From positions 1 through 64,000 of IMG/VR virus record IMGVR_UViG_2765235998_000001: 64,000 nt of DNA; one strand, given 5' to 3'. Below are positions 45,815 to 54,488 of the stretch, in pieces. The notes under the pieces are model-generated. The model searched no databases, was not told the origin of the DNA, and worked only from the letters and a program-made list of their open reading frames with translations. The position numbers were made by a program, and so were the translations under genes. This stretch comes from a virus (Duplodnaviria; Caudoviricetes). Every line of letters begins with the position of its first letter. The stretch's first letter is position 1.

Positions 45815-46087
45815 CTACTCGGCCCGCGCATACCGGCCCTCCGGATAGTCGCCGAACAAGTGGATGCCCTTTTCTGTCTCCGAGCGTTCCGGTGATGTAG
45901 AAGTGGCCGGCCAGTGGCTGATGACGTGCTCGGCGTCGACCAGGACGTAGTCGTGGTAGCCGTCGAAGTCGCCAGGGGAGTCGGCGATGCCGATGTGGAT
46001 GGGTGCGTCTTCGGGGAGGTGGGCGATGGCTTCCCGAAGCTTGCGCGCGGTCCAGACGGTCGGCTTGTGGTCAAGGTTGTCGGGCAT
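45815..46087 (-). CDS. DUF6225-like protein
   Basis: WTA..LR.A.AHLP.D.PI.I..AD.PG. Confidence 0.6.
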   Translation of the reverse strand: MPDNLDHKPTVWTARKLREAIAHLPEDAPIHIGIADSPGDFDGYHDYVLVDAEHVISHWPATSTSPERSETEKGIHLFGDYPEGRYARAE

Positions 46088-46192
46088 GCTGGGAGGCTAT
46101 CCACTCGTGCCGTGGTGCGGGTGCATCTGTGACGCCTGACGCGAAGCAACCCCCGGTCGGATAGCGACCGGGGGTCCTCCAGCAGGGCGGCG

Positions 46193-46426
46193 CTACGGGC
46201 TTGCTGGTGGCCGCAGCCTGTAGTGGGGGCAGCGGTCCGGGTCGCCCCAGGACGTCTTGTGGGCCACGGTCGATCCGCACCAGGGGCACGGGAGAACGGG
46301 ATACTGCGCGCTGCCTTCGACGCCGCAGTGGCCGACGTCCCCGAACTCGGTGCTGGAGTACACGGCGATGGCGGGCCGGCCGCAGGTGCACAACTCGCCG
46401 GTCTCCGCCAGACGCTGCTCGCTCAT
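46193..46426 (-). CDS. Cys-rich small protein
   Basis: CTCG, CPWCG; RBS GGAGG; hairpin at 46148-46174 downstream. Confidence 0.6.
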   Translation of the reverse strand: MSEQRLAETGELCTCGRPAIAVYSSTEFGDVGHCGVEGSAQYPVLPCPWCGSTVAHKTSWGDPDRCPHYRLRPPASP

Positions 46427-46442
46427 CAGCCCCTCCGGGACG

Positions 46443-47030
46443 TCAGTGGATGTCGGGAACGTACAGGCCGGCGGCCGCCCCGATCTGCACGACATCCATC
46501 GTGGGCTGCAACGCGGACGGCTTCCACCCGGTGGCCTCCTGGATAAAGCCGCCACTGTTCGCCACCGTGGCATTCCACCCACGGTCCACCACGGGTAGCC
46601 GCAGCCAGTTCAGCCGCTCCCCAGTCTCCTCGTTCACCGGGTGCGTGAAGTGCGTCAGGAAGTTCTCCGGCGGCACGTCCCCGAACAGCTTCACCAGCTG
46701 GGGGTCTGGTGGGGTGGTCAGCGTGTGAGGAGCCCACTCGTAGATGCCGGTGATCTCGGGCAAGGTGACGGTCCAGTAGATCTGAACTTCGCCCGGCCGA
46801 AAAAGGTCCGGCCACTTCCGGTGGTCGCTGTTCGCGTTCCCGTCAGCCCACAGCCGCCACAGATCAGCGGCGCTGATCTCGTCTGGCGAGTAGTCGTCCG
46901 CGATGCCGGCACCGCTCGGCTCGGCGAGCAGAACGAGTTCGACGGTCTGGGTGTATCGGCTCTCACGATTGGAGAACGTCCACTTGGTGCCGGGCGGGTA
47001 GGGCTGCACGGTGTTCTTGGCGCGGGGCAT
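46443..47030 (-). CDS. Hypothetical protein
   Basis: ENFLTHFT.P....TGE.LNW.RLPV.D..W. Confidence 0.65.
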   Translation of the reverse strand: MPRAKNTVQPYPPGTKWTFSNRESRYTQTVELVLLAEPSGAGIADDYSPDEISAADLWRLWADGNANSDHRKWPDLFRPGEVQIYWTVTLPEITGIYEWAPHTLTTPPDPQLVKLFGDVPPENFLTHFTHPVNEETGERLNWLRLPVVDRGWNATVANSGGFIQEATGWKPSALQPTMDVVQIGAAAGLYVPDIH

Positions 47031-47126
47031 GAAGGCAGTCTTCCAGCCGGCACCGACAACCGGGCCGTCTTCCGGTGGGCCCGCGCGCGGGGCACAGTAG
47101 CGGTGGGCTTCGGAGGGGGATGCCGG

Positions 47127-47291
47127 GTGAACTTCGTCTTCTCGTGCGGCTGGTGCGGCGAGGACTGCGTGGTCTGGGGCCAGCCCATCATGTCCTGGTG
47201 GTCGCAGAAGTACTGGGTGGATGACTTCGACTGCTGGAACTGCGGGACGACCTGCACCCCACACGACCCGCCCTGGACTGAAGCCGACTGA
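47127..47291 (+). CDS. Small Zn-ribbon protein
   Basis: CGWCG...CWNCG; RBS GGAGG. Confidence 0.45.
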   Translation: MNFVFSCGWCGEDCVVWGQPIMSWWSQKYWVDDFDCWNCGTTCTPHDPPWTEAD

Positions 47292-47331
47292 CGCCGGCGC
47301 CCCCAGACCGGATCCGGGGGCGCCGCGCGCG

Positions 47332-48261
47332 TCAGGGATACTGCGCCATGTCGACAAACCGTCCGTAGTGTCCCTGGTACGCCACGACGATGTTGGCGGC
47401 AGGACCGTGGCGATGCTTGGCCACGAACAGGTCGGCCTCGCCGACGCGCGGGGTGTCCCTCTCGTACGCGTCGTCACGGTGCAGCAGGATCAGCGTGTCG
47501 GAAGCGAAGGTGATGGCCCCGGATTCCCGCAGATCGTCCAGGCGTGGCCGCTTGTCCGCTCGCTGCTCGGGGCTCCGGTTCAGATGGGATGTGGCGACGA
47601 CGGGAATGTTCAGCTCACGCGCCATCGTCTTCAGATCACGCACCACGTCTCCCACCTCACGCTCTCGCAGGTCGCTGCGCTTCTCGGGGCGAACGTCCTG
47701 AATGCCGTCGATGGCCACCAGGCGGACGTCCCGTTTCTCCACCATCTCGGCCGTCTCCAGTTGGATACGCCGCATGTCGGCGCGGGGGATGTCCCTGATG
47801 GACAGAGGCGCCGCCACGACCGTGGGCAGTCGCCGGACGAGGCGTGCCCAGTCCTCCTCGGTCATGGTCCCGGCGCGCATGTGGTGAATGGCGATGCGAG
47901 ACTCTGCGGCCACCACCCGGCGGGTGAAGGACTGGCGGTTCTCCTCCAGCGTGAAGACCAGGGTGGGGATGCCGTTCTTGATGGCGTTGTGGCGGCAGAT
48001 GTCCGACAGGAAGGTGGTCCGGCCCACGGCCGGCCTGGAGGCCACCACGGTCAGAGAGCCGGGCTCCAGGCCCCGCGTCAGGTAGTCGAGTTCCTCGAAA
48101 CCTGTACCGAGCCCGGTCAACGTGTCGCCGCCCCCCTGCGCCACGGTCTCCAAGGTGTCCACCAGGCCTTCGCAGATGTCACCGATGAGGTCTGAGGCTT
48201 CCGCACCGGCTTCCTCGGTGGCGCCCGCCTGTTCCGTGATCGCTTCTTTTGCTTCAGCCAC
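47332..48261 (-). CDS. dnaB: DnaB-like helicase, C-terminal domain only, atypical Walker A
   Basis: TGF.ELD.LT.GL, ASRPAVGRT, LK.MA.EL.IPVV, SHLNR, P.L.DLRESG.I, KHRHG. Confidence 0.85.
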   Translation of the reverse strand: MAEAKEAITEQAGATEEAGAEASDLIGDICEGLVDTLETVAQGGGDTLTGLGTGFEELDYLTRGLEPGSLTVVASRPAVGRTTFLSDICRHNAIKNGIPTLVFTLEENRQSFTRRVVAAESRIAIHHMRAGTMTEEDWARLVRRLPTVVAAPLSIRDIPRADMRRIQLETAEMVEKRDVRLVAIDGIQDVRPEKRSDLREREVGDVVRDLKTMARELNIPVVATSHLNRSPEQRADKRPRLDDLRESGAITFASDTLILLHRDDAYERDTPRVGEADLFVAKHRHGPAANIVVAYQGHYGRFVDMAQYP

Positions 48262-49594
48262 GTCGTCCCCCTGTCTTCACGATGCCCTGGCGCGCGACGG
48301 CAGACACACGCTTGGGCTCCTGGTTGATCACCACTGCTGGTACTGGCCTCTGCTGATCGCGGCACTCTTTGCACAGCCCATCGTCCAGGGCGGGACCGAC
48401 AAGCTTGATCGGGACTCCGCCGCACACGGGGCCCACGCAGGTGCCGCGCTGGATTCCGTCAGCCGGGGCCCTACGCGCCGCTGGAACAGCCGCAGCAGTG
48501 CGCGTGGGCTCCGGTGCCGCCTTCTCCCGCTCGCGGTCCGCACGCCGGTCCACAGCCCGCATCTCGCATGACGTGCACGGCATGCCGCTGTCTACGTTCG
48601 TCCGTTCATCGCAGCGGGGGTCCCGGCACTCGGCGTCGTGCTTCAGCATCGTCACCAGCACGCCGACGGGCTTCTCGAGCGGGCCGGCCTGCTCCTTGCT
48701 GCTGTAGTACCGGTCCCACTTCGGCATCAACCGGTACGTGACCAGCTGCTCCACCGTCCGCCCGTCCGGGCTGTCGGGGTTCGTGGCGGCCAGCACTGCA
48801 TCCACCAGAGACTTCGGGAGGCCCTTCGGCACCAGAGCCTTCAGCGGAGCGGGCAGGGCCGCTACGAAGGCGTCGTACTGGCGGCGTTCCTCTCGGGAGA
48901 ATGGGGGCTTCGTCTTGCCGGACGCGGCGGAGCCGCCAGACCTCGAGGTCCTACTACCTGCAGAAGGCCTGCGGCCGTCAGGAACAGGTTTTTCGTCTTC
49001 TTCAGTCTTCTCTCCCACAGTCTTCTTAAAGAGTGCGGGGTCACCCGACTGTCGGGAATCCCTACACTCGGGGCCCACCTGCTGTTCTGTGTCGTTTCCG
49101 CAGGTCGCGCCCGAGTGCGGGTTTTCCGGCACTCGGGGAACGGCGACGCTGGGCGTCCGCTGGCGGCCCTTCGGCTGCAACTTGGCCCGCCGCTTGGCCG
49201 CGTTCGCCACAGCAGTCTTGGTGGGTTCGATGACCTGCACGACACGTACGCCGGGCTCTTTGGCCGCTTCAGCCAGCAGGGCCTGAATCTCTGCGTCTGT
49301 GGCCGGCGTGTCGTACACGCAGACCTCCGTTGACCACTGGTTGTTCTCGGACGCCATCAGGCGGATCTTCACCACGTACCGGGCCGCCTGGAGCAGCCCC
49401 ATGGCGTTGGCCATGGCGTCGCGGCCGTACCCGTATTTGGCGCCGATCTCGGCCAGGGTGATGTCCCACCCGTCACGGTGACGGAGCAGGATGGTCAGCA
49501 GCGCGAGCGCCATGAAGTCCAGCTGGACTGCGTTGTCGACGGTCTCGTTGGGAACGGCGGCGTATTTCGGCGGCCGCCCGGAGCGCTTCCTCAC
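48254..49594 (-). CDS. Phage replication initiator (N-terminal wHTH, lambda O-like layout)
   Basis: VPN...D...L...AL.LL..LL....W.IT...., GRDA...A...L..A.Y; internal palindromes; upstream of DnaB. Confidence 0.7.
   Translation of the reverse strand: MRKRSGRPPKYAAVPNETVDNAVQLDFMALALLTILLRHRDGWDITLAEIGAKYGYGRDAMANAMGLLQAARYVVKIRLMASENNQWSTEVCVYDTPATDAEIQALLAEAAKEPGVRVVQVIEPTKTAVANAAKRRAKLQPKGRQRTPSVAVPRVPENPHSGATCGNDTEQQVGPECRDSRQSGDPALFKKTVGEKTEEDEKPVPDGRRPSAGSRTSRSGGSAASGKTKPPFSREERRQYDAFVAALPAPLKALVPKGLPKSLVDAVLAATNPDSPDGRTVEQLVTYRLMPKWDRYYSSKEQAGPLEKPVGVLVTMLKHDAECRDPRCDERTNVDSGMPCTSCEMRAVDRRADREREKAAPEPTRTAAAVPAARRAPADGIQRGTCVGPVCGGVPIKLVGPALDDGLCKECRDQQRPVPAVVINQEPKRVSAVARQGIVKTGGRRG
48985..49137. 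promoter_or_regulatory. Putative second origin: palindromic iterons plus AT-rich tract inside rep
   Basis: CCCGACTGT..ACACTCGGG (49044-49072), CCCGAGTGC..GCACTCGGG (49110-49137); T/C-rich tract at 48985-49030. Confidence 0.55.
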
Positions 49595-49830
49595 CGCGCA
49601 CCGCCGTGGGAGTGGTCACGTGGGTGACTACTTGGCACCGTGCGAAGTGCCGCTAGCATGGGCATGAAGCCTCGCTCTTTGACGTGGTGGAGCTTCTGAA
49701 TCCAGCGGCTGCAAATCCGCTGGTGCTGCTTGGACGGCCTGGCACCTGAGTGAGCTGCGAACTCTCTCTGCTGGGCCGTCTTGCGTTTCCGGGTGCCGTG
49801 GCTGCGATCACGGCGGTCGGAGCGCGACCG

Positions 49831-50088
49831 TTAGTGCTTGTTCGGGCCTCGGCCACCACGTGGCGGGCCTGCCTTGAAGTACGCCAGGAAGACACCCCGT
49901 TCCATGGTTCGGGCGTTGCCGACCATGACGTAGGGGTGCCTGTCGGGTTCATCCCCGAACGGCCAGTCTTTGGCCTTGCGGGCGATGTACCGGAGGCCGT
50001 CTGGGGTGATGCTCTCCACCAGGCCCTCATCGATCAGGAGCTGAGCCCCTGTGGTGAAGGTGACGAAGGCGGGTTCTTTCGGGGTCAC
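49831..50088 (-). CDS. Small HTH (Cro/excisionase-like) protein
   Basis: VTF..GA..L...G....IT..GLRYIA....WPFG. Confidence 0.6.
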   Translation of the reverse strand: MTPKEPAFVTFTTGAQLLIDEGLVESITPDGLRYIARKAKDWPFGDEPDRHPYVMVGNARTMERGVFLAYFKAGPPRGGRGPNKH

Positions 50089-50293
50089 TGGCGATCACCA
50101 GCACCCTCGAACTTCGATGTTCTCGAAGTTGTCGCTACGCTCGGCACGTACGGATCCTTCTTCCTCAAGGTGGGGTCTCTGTACAGCCGGTACGCATTCG
50201 CAGTGCGCCGGCGTGGGAACGGTCGACGGTCTTACCCACCGATCGGCCGTTTCTGCTGTTCAGGGCGGTGAACGCATCCCCGTCACTCTCCTC

Positions 50294-51499
50294 TCACGCC
50301 GCGAGGGCGCTGATCGATGCGACGGTCTCCGCCGCAGTCTGGTTACCGGCGTACCGAGGCGCGGAGAGCATCCCCGCCACCCGATCCATCCGCTTCACAA
50401 TCCACGAAATCTGGTCCTCCACAGGCAACGACAAGACCGGCGCCAGGGCATCGGCCGCACCCTCGACGTCGTCAAGCTGCACCCGAGCCGTAGCCAGATA
50501 GATGTGCGCCAGCCGCTCATCATCCAGCGACCGCTCCGCCACCGGACCGGACTGCCACAGCGCGATCGCCTCGAGGGCCTCGCTCTGCGCGCGTTCCGCG
50601 TCGTGCCCGCCCTCCAGCCAGATCAAAGACGATCCGGCGTAGTAGGACTGCTTCGCCCTCGAGAACCCGAACAGACCCTCCAGGGAGTCCGGCCGGCGGA
50701 TCCGCTCCCGAGCAGACTCGGCAGCATCCAGCGCGGCGTTCGCCGCCCTCGAGTCCCCGAGATTGGCCAGACACTGGGCCTCACCACAGCGCAACCGGGC
50801 TTCCCCGGTTCCCTGCCCGTGGCCCACCCACTGGTAGCCGTCCCGCACGTACTCCAACGCCCGCCCGTAATCGCCCTGGAACCGGGCAATCAGCGACTTC
50901 GTGCCGGCCACCCACGCCGCCAGCTCCGCATCCCCGGCGAGTTCCGCGCACCGGCCCGCCGCAGTGGCGTGCTCGATCGCTTCGTCCGCGTCACCCATGT
51001 CGAGCAGCGCGTACGACAGAACCCCGGACAGGCGTCCCGCCGTGAGGTACAGGTCGGAACGGTCCTGCGTGCGGTGGTGCCCCGACCGTAGGCGTTCGAA
51101 GGCTTCACCGCGCAGGGCGTGCGCCCGGTCCATCATCGGCCCCGGGGGAGACGCCAGGTAGTCGACGGCCGTGGCCGACACGCCTTCCTGAAGCTCCGTG
51201 ATGTCCAGATCCGCCAGGGCGGTCAGATCTCGCGACATGGCCAAGGCTGCCGCGCGGGTGCGGTGCACGGCCGCGGCCTCCCGCCGCTCCTGGTCCTCCC
51301 GCTGCCACTGCTCAACCAGCGCACCGTTCGCACCGGTCGCCTCGTCCGCAGCCTCCGCCACGCACAAAGGTGTCGGCCGGCGGCCGGTCTCGAAGTTGTG
51401 CAGCGACGTGCGGTCATAGCGGACACGCTGCGCCAGGTCCGCGAGGGACATGTGGGCAGCCAACCGCCACTCACGGAGGAGTTCCGGGAAGGTCGTCAT
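50294..51499 (-). CDS. XRE-HTH regulator with C-terminal helical (TPR-like) domain
   Basis: LREWR....SL..LA..V.Y....L...E.G.R, then helical repeats. Confidence 0.8.
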   Translation of the reverse strand: MTTFPELLREWRLAAHMSLADLAQRVRYDRTSLHNFETGRRPTPLCVAEAADEATGANGALVEQWQREDQERREAAAVHRTRAAALAMSRDLTALADLDITELQEGVSATAVDYLASPPGPMMDRAHALRGEAFERLRSGHHRTQDRSDLYLTAGRLSGVLSYALLDMGDADEAIEHATAAGRCAELAGDAELAAWVAGTKSLIARFQGDYGRALEYVRDGYQWVGHGQGTGEARLRCGEAQCLANLGDSRAANAALDAAESARERIRRPDSLEGLFGFSRAKQSYYAGSSLIWLEGGHDAERAQSEALEAIALWQSGPVAERSLDDERLAHIYLATARVQLDDVEGAADALAPVLSLPVEDQISWIVKRMDRVAGMLSAPRYAGNQTAAETVASISALAA

Positions 51500-51680
51500 G
51501 CCGTGAGTCTTCCTCCTCTCCGCTCGTACCGGCAGGGCCGGGAGCCCTGTTCGCCGCGTTTGTCTGTTGGCAAATCCGTGTCGGCCTGATTGCCAACAGC
51601 AGCCTCAACTCCAGTGGGTGCGACCGGTGCTGGCATGGAGTCAGCACTGATCCACGTCCCTTGGAGAGACTGCCGTGACG

Positions 51681-51974
51681 TCACGAGTCGTCGCCCCCTT
51701 CCGCCTTGCGCCGTTCGTCGCGCTTGGCGAAGTGGACGCCGTGCTGCGGCTTCCGGGCCTCGAAGTACGCCTCCACCGGCTCCCAAGGGAGCTGGTAGTA
51801 GCGGCCGACCTTCTTCCACTCCCCCTTGGGGACGGGGAAGTCCGGGTCGTTGTGGGCGAGCTGCTGGACTCGCTGCTTGCTGAGATCAACGCGTCTGGCG
51901 ATCTCGGCGAGCGTCACCATCTCTGGCGCCCTCCCTTCCTCGGTCTTCTTCGGCACATCTCCATCTTGCCCCAT
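51681..51974 (-). CDS. AlpA-like HTH repressor
   Basis: MV.LAEIA.R..LSKQRV.QL....DFP.P. Confidence 0.75.
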   Translation of the reverse strand: MGQDGDVPKKTEEGRAPEMVTLAEIARRVDLSKQRVQQLAHNDPDFPVPKGEWKKVGRYYQLPWEPVEAYFEARKPQHGVHFAKRDERRKAEGGDDS

Positions 51975-52127
51975 GATGTTGACCCAAGTCTATATCAGTG
52001 GTCTACTGGACATACAGCACGACCCCGGGCCAGCTTTCGCCGGACCGGGGTCGCGTGTCCGGAGCGGTGTTGGAGCACCGCAAGGGACTTGGAACCGCCC
52101 TACCTGCCACAACAGGAGGTTGATCCC

Positions 52128-52532
52128 GTGAAGAAGGATCGCACAGCAACCCTTTCCAGGGCACCGCACCTCGGCGACTTCGTCCACCAGGACGTCATCC
52201 CGATGCCGGGCCGGCTTGCGGTGGACTACTACGACTGGGACCTGCACCTCGGGTTCAGCGTCCCCCTCAACGAGGTCACCGCCGGCACCCTCGTCACCGC
52301 CACCGGCACGATCGCCGCGGTGGTCCGCCTGTCCGGCGGCCGCGCGATGGCCGTCATCACGACCGCCGACGGCAACAGCGCGCACGTCCTGCTGAACGCG
52401 GACATCGTCCGCATGGTGACCCCGGCCCTGTACCGCGGGAACCGGCTGAACGTTCGCGGCACCGTCACCCGCACCACCGTCTCTCAGCCCGCCGGGATCG
52501 TCGCGGGCGGCGTGAACGTGGAGATCGTCTGA
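52128..52532 (+). CDS. OB-fold nucleic-acid-binding protein
   Basis: V...G.I..V......MA......G...V...L.V.G.V; RBS AGGAGG. Confidence 0.6.
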   Translation: MKKDRTATLSRAPHLGDFVHQDVIPMPGRLAVDYYDWDLHLGFSVPLNEVTAGTLVTATGTIAAVVRLSGGRAMAVITTADGNSAHVLLNADIVRMVTPALYRGNRLNVRGTVTRTTVSQPAGIVAGGVNVEIV

Positions 52533-52861
52533 TGGCTACCACCACCCCGACCCCGGCCCGTACCTCTCGTTACCACTACGCGGCGATGCGTCGCGCTGAG
52601 GACGCGGCCCGCAGCCTGTCCGTTCGGCACTCCATCGTCGGCTTTCTCGGCTCGGAGCCGGCCACCGACATCGCCGACATGGCGGCCGTACGCGACTCCT
52701 ACTACCGACTGGCCGCCGCCCACCGCGTAGCCGCGCGGAAGCGGGAGCGGGCCGAGAACCGGACGCTGGCCTGGGCTGCGTTCCGGGAGGGCCCGGCCGC
52801 ATACATCGGCTGCACCGTCCGCTCCTGGGCGTACCGCATTCGTGGGGCGGTGTCCCGCTGA
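52532..52861 (+). CDS. Hypothetical protein
   Basis: TGATG coupling. Confidence 0.6.
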   Translation: MATTTPTPARTSRYHYAAMRRAEDAARSLSVRHSIVGFLGSEPATDIADMAAVRDSYYRLAAAHRVAARKRERAENRTLAWAAFREGPAAYIGCTVRSWAYRIRGAVSR

Positions 52862-53040
52862 TGGCCGCGGTGATGCCGGACCGTACGGTCCTCGAACGCT
52901 TCCCCGCTGGCGGCCCCCGCGGCTCCTGGCCCGCCGAGGAGTTCGCCGCCGACCGCCGCATGGCCGGCGAGCCCGCCGAGGTCGTCATGGACCTCGCCAC
53001 GGACAGCTTCTTCGTCATCATCCGAGGCGGTGCCCGATGA
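52861..53040 (+). CDS. Small hypothetical protein
   Basis: Coupled ORF; G.PRGSWPAEEFA motif. Confidence 0.55.
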   Translation: MAAVMPDRTVLERFPAGGPRGSWPAEEFAADRRMAGEPAEVVMDLATDSFFVIIRGGAR

Positions 53041-53423
53041 GCGAGCCGACCCCCGAGACCCCGGACACCCCCAACTCGCCGGAGCAGGCCGCGCTGGAGC
53101 TCTACCACCAGCTCGTCAACCTGTCCCCGGACAACGGCGACCGCGCACTTCTCATCAGCGTCCGCCTCCCCAACGCCCAGCTCGTCGGCGACGTGTGGCT
53201 GTCCGCCGAGGATGTCGAGCAGCTCATCGACGGCACGCTGACGATCGCCCAGCACCGCATGGCCTACGGGGACCCCGAGCCCGCCGCGGCCCCGCTTCAG
53301 CGCGACGAGGACGACGTCGACCCCTGGCCGCGCCTGTCGCAGAACGACATCACCGACGACGCCGTGGAAGACCTGGCCGCCGAGTTCCAGGCGTTCCTGA
53401 AGTCCGAAGGCGGCCAGGCATGA
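53037..53423 (+). CDS. Hypothetical protein
   Basis: ATGA coupling. Confidence 0.6.
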   Translation: MSEPTPETPDTPNSPEQAALELYHQLVNLSPDNGDRALLISVRLPNAQLVGDVWLSAEDVEQLIDGTLTIAQHRMAYGDPEPAAAPLQRDEDDVDPWPRLSQNDITDDAVEDLAAEFQAFLKSEGGQA

Positions 53424-53821
53424 CCAGCACCAACCCGGTCCACACCGCCGGCAACGCGGTCCCGCCGCTGGGCGGGGAGCTGGAGGGCCTGTTCGAGGAC
53501 CTGGCCGCCGTCCACGACGTGGGCGTCGACCAGATCCTCTCCGGCCTCCGCCACATCGCCCTCAACCGGCACACCGTCGACCGCACCCAAACCCTCATCG
53601 CCGTCCTCGCCGGCGGCGCCGACAGCCTCAACATCGTCGCCCTCATCGGACAGATCATCGCCCGCCTCGCCGACGCCGACACCAACCCCGCCCTCCACAC
53701 CCTCCCGCTGGACCAGCAGAAGCAGGCCCGCCGCGAAGGCCAGAACACCGCCCACTGGCACACCGACCCCGACCTCGCCCAAACCGCATCCGAAACCAGC
53801 GCCGCCATCACCGGCAACTAA
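53420..53821 (+). CDS. Hypothetical protein
   Basis: ATGA coupling. Confidence 0.6.
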   Translation: MTSTNPVHTAGNAVPPLGGELEGLFEDLAAVHDVGVDQILSGLRHIALNRHTVDRTQTLIAVLAGGADSLNIVALIGQIIARLADADTNPALHTLPLDQQKQARREGQNTAHWHTDPDLAQTASETSAAITGN

Positions 53822-53837
53822 CCCGAGAGGACCCCTC

Positions 53838-54077
53838 ATGACCGCCACCACCGGACTCGCCACCATCACCGGCGCCGAGGCCTACGCCAAGGCCGTGGAA
53901 CACGCCGAGCAGGGCGAAAAGCACATCGGCATCGACTCCCGCATCGCCGAGCAGCACTTCGCCGCCGCTACCGCATACGCCACGATCGCGCGCGCCGAGC
54001 GTTCCGCCAGCAACGGCGCCCGGCCCGGCTGCTACCCCGACGGCGGCTGGAAGCAGCACACCCACCCCAACGACTAA
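53838..54077 (+). CDS. Hypothetical protein
   Basis: RBS GAGAGGA. Confidence 0.55.
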   Translation: MTATTGLATITGAEAYAKAVEHAEQGEKHIGIDSRIAEQHFAAATAYATIARAERSASNGARPGCYPDGGWKQHTHPND

Positions 54078-54183
54078 CCACCCACCCCGGGCCTCTGGCC
54101 CGGCTCGAGTCCGCCCCACCACCCCCCCCAGTGGGGCGGGCCCGAGCCAGCCCAGCACCCACCAACCACCGGAAGGACCCGCC

Positions 54184-54444
54184 GTGCTGTTCCTCATCCT
54201 CATCGCCCTCCTCTCCCCACTCATCGCCTGGTCTCTCTGGATCGCCTACGCACCCCCCAAGACCACCAAGACCCCCACCACCGGCCCGGAATTCGCCACC
54301 GCCCACGGCAACGACTCCAGCACCTGGACCGCCGCCGACTTCGAAGCCGAGTTCGTCTTCGCCGAGATCGACGTCCAGGCCGCCTGGACGATCGCCCACC
54401 CCAAAAAGACCCCCCAGGCCACCGACATCAAGCCCGCCGCCTGA
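54184..54444 (+). CDS. Membrane protein
   Basis: N-terminal TM. Confidence 0.55.
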   Translation: MLFLILIALLSPLIAWSLWIAYAPPKTTKTPTTGPEFATAHGNDSSTWTAADFEAEFVFAEIDVQAAWTIAHPKKTPQATDIKPAA

Positions 54445-54488
54445 CCACCCGCCAGTCACCCCCACCCGATCCCAGGAAGGACCCGCCC

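Noticed and set aside
49702-49723. Hairpin resembling a tRNA-Cys anticodon arm (GCGGCTGCAAATCCGC)
   Set aside because: No flanking tRNA structure; better read as a rep-leader hairpin on the minus strand
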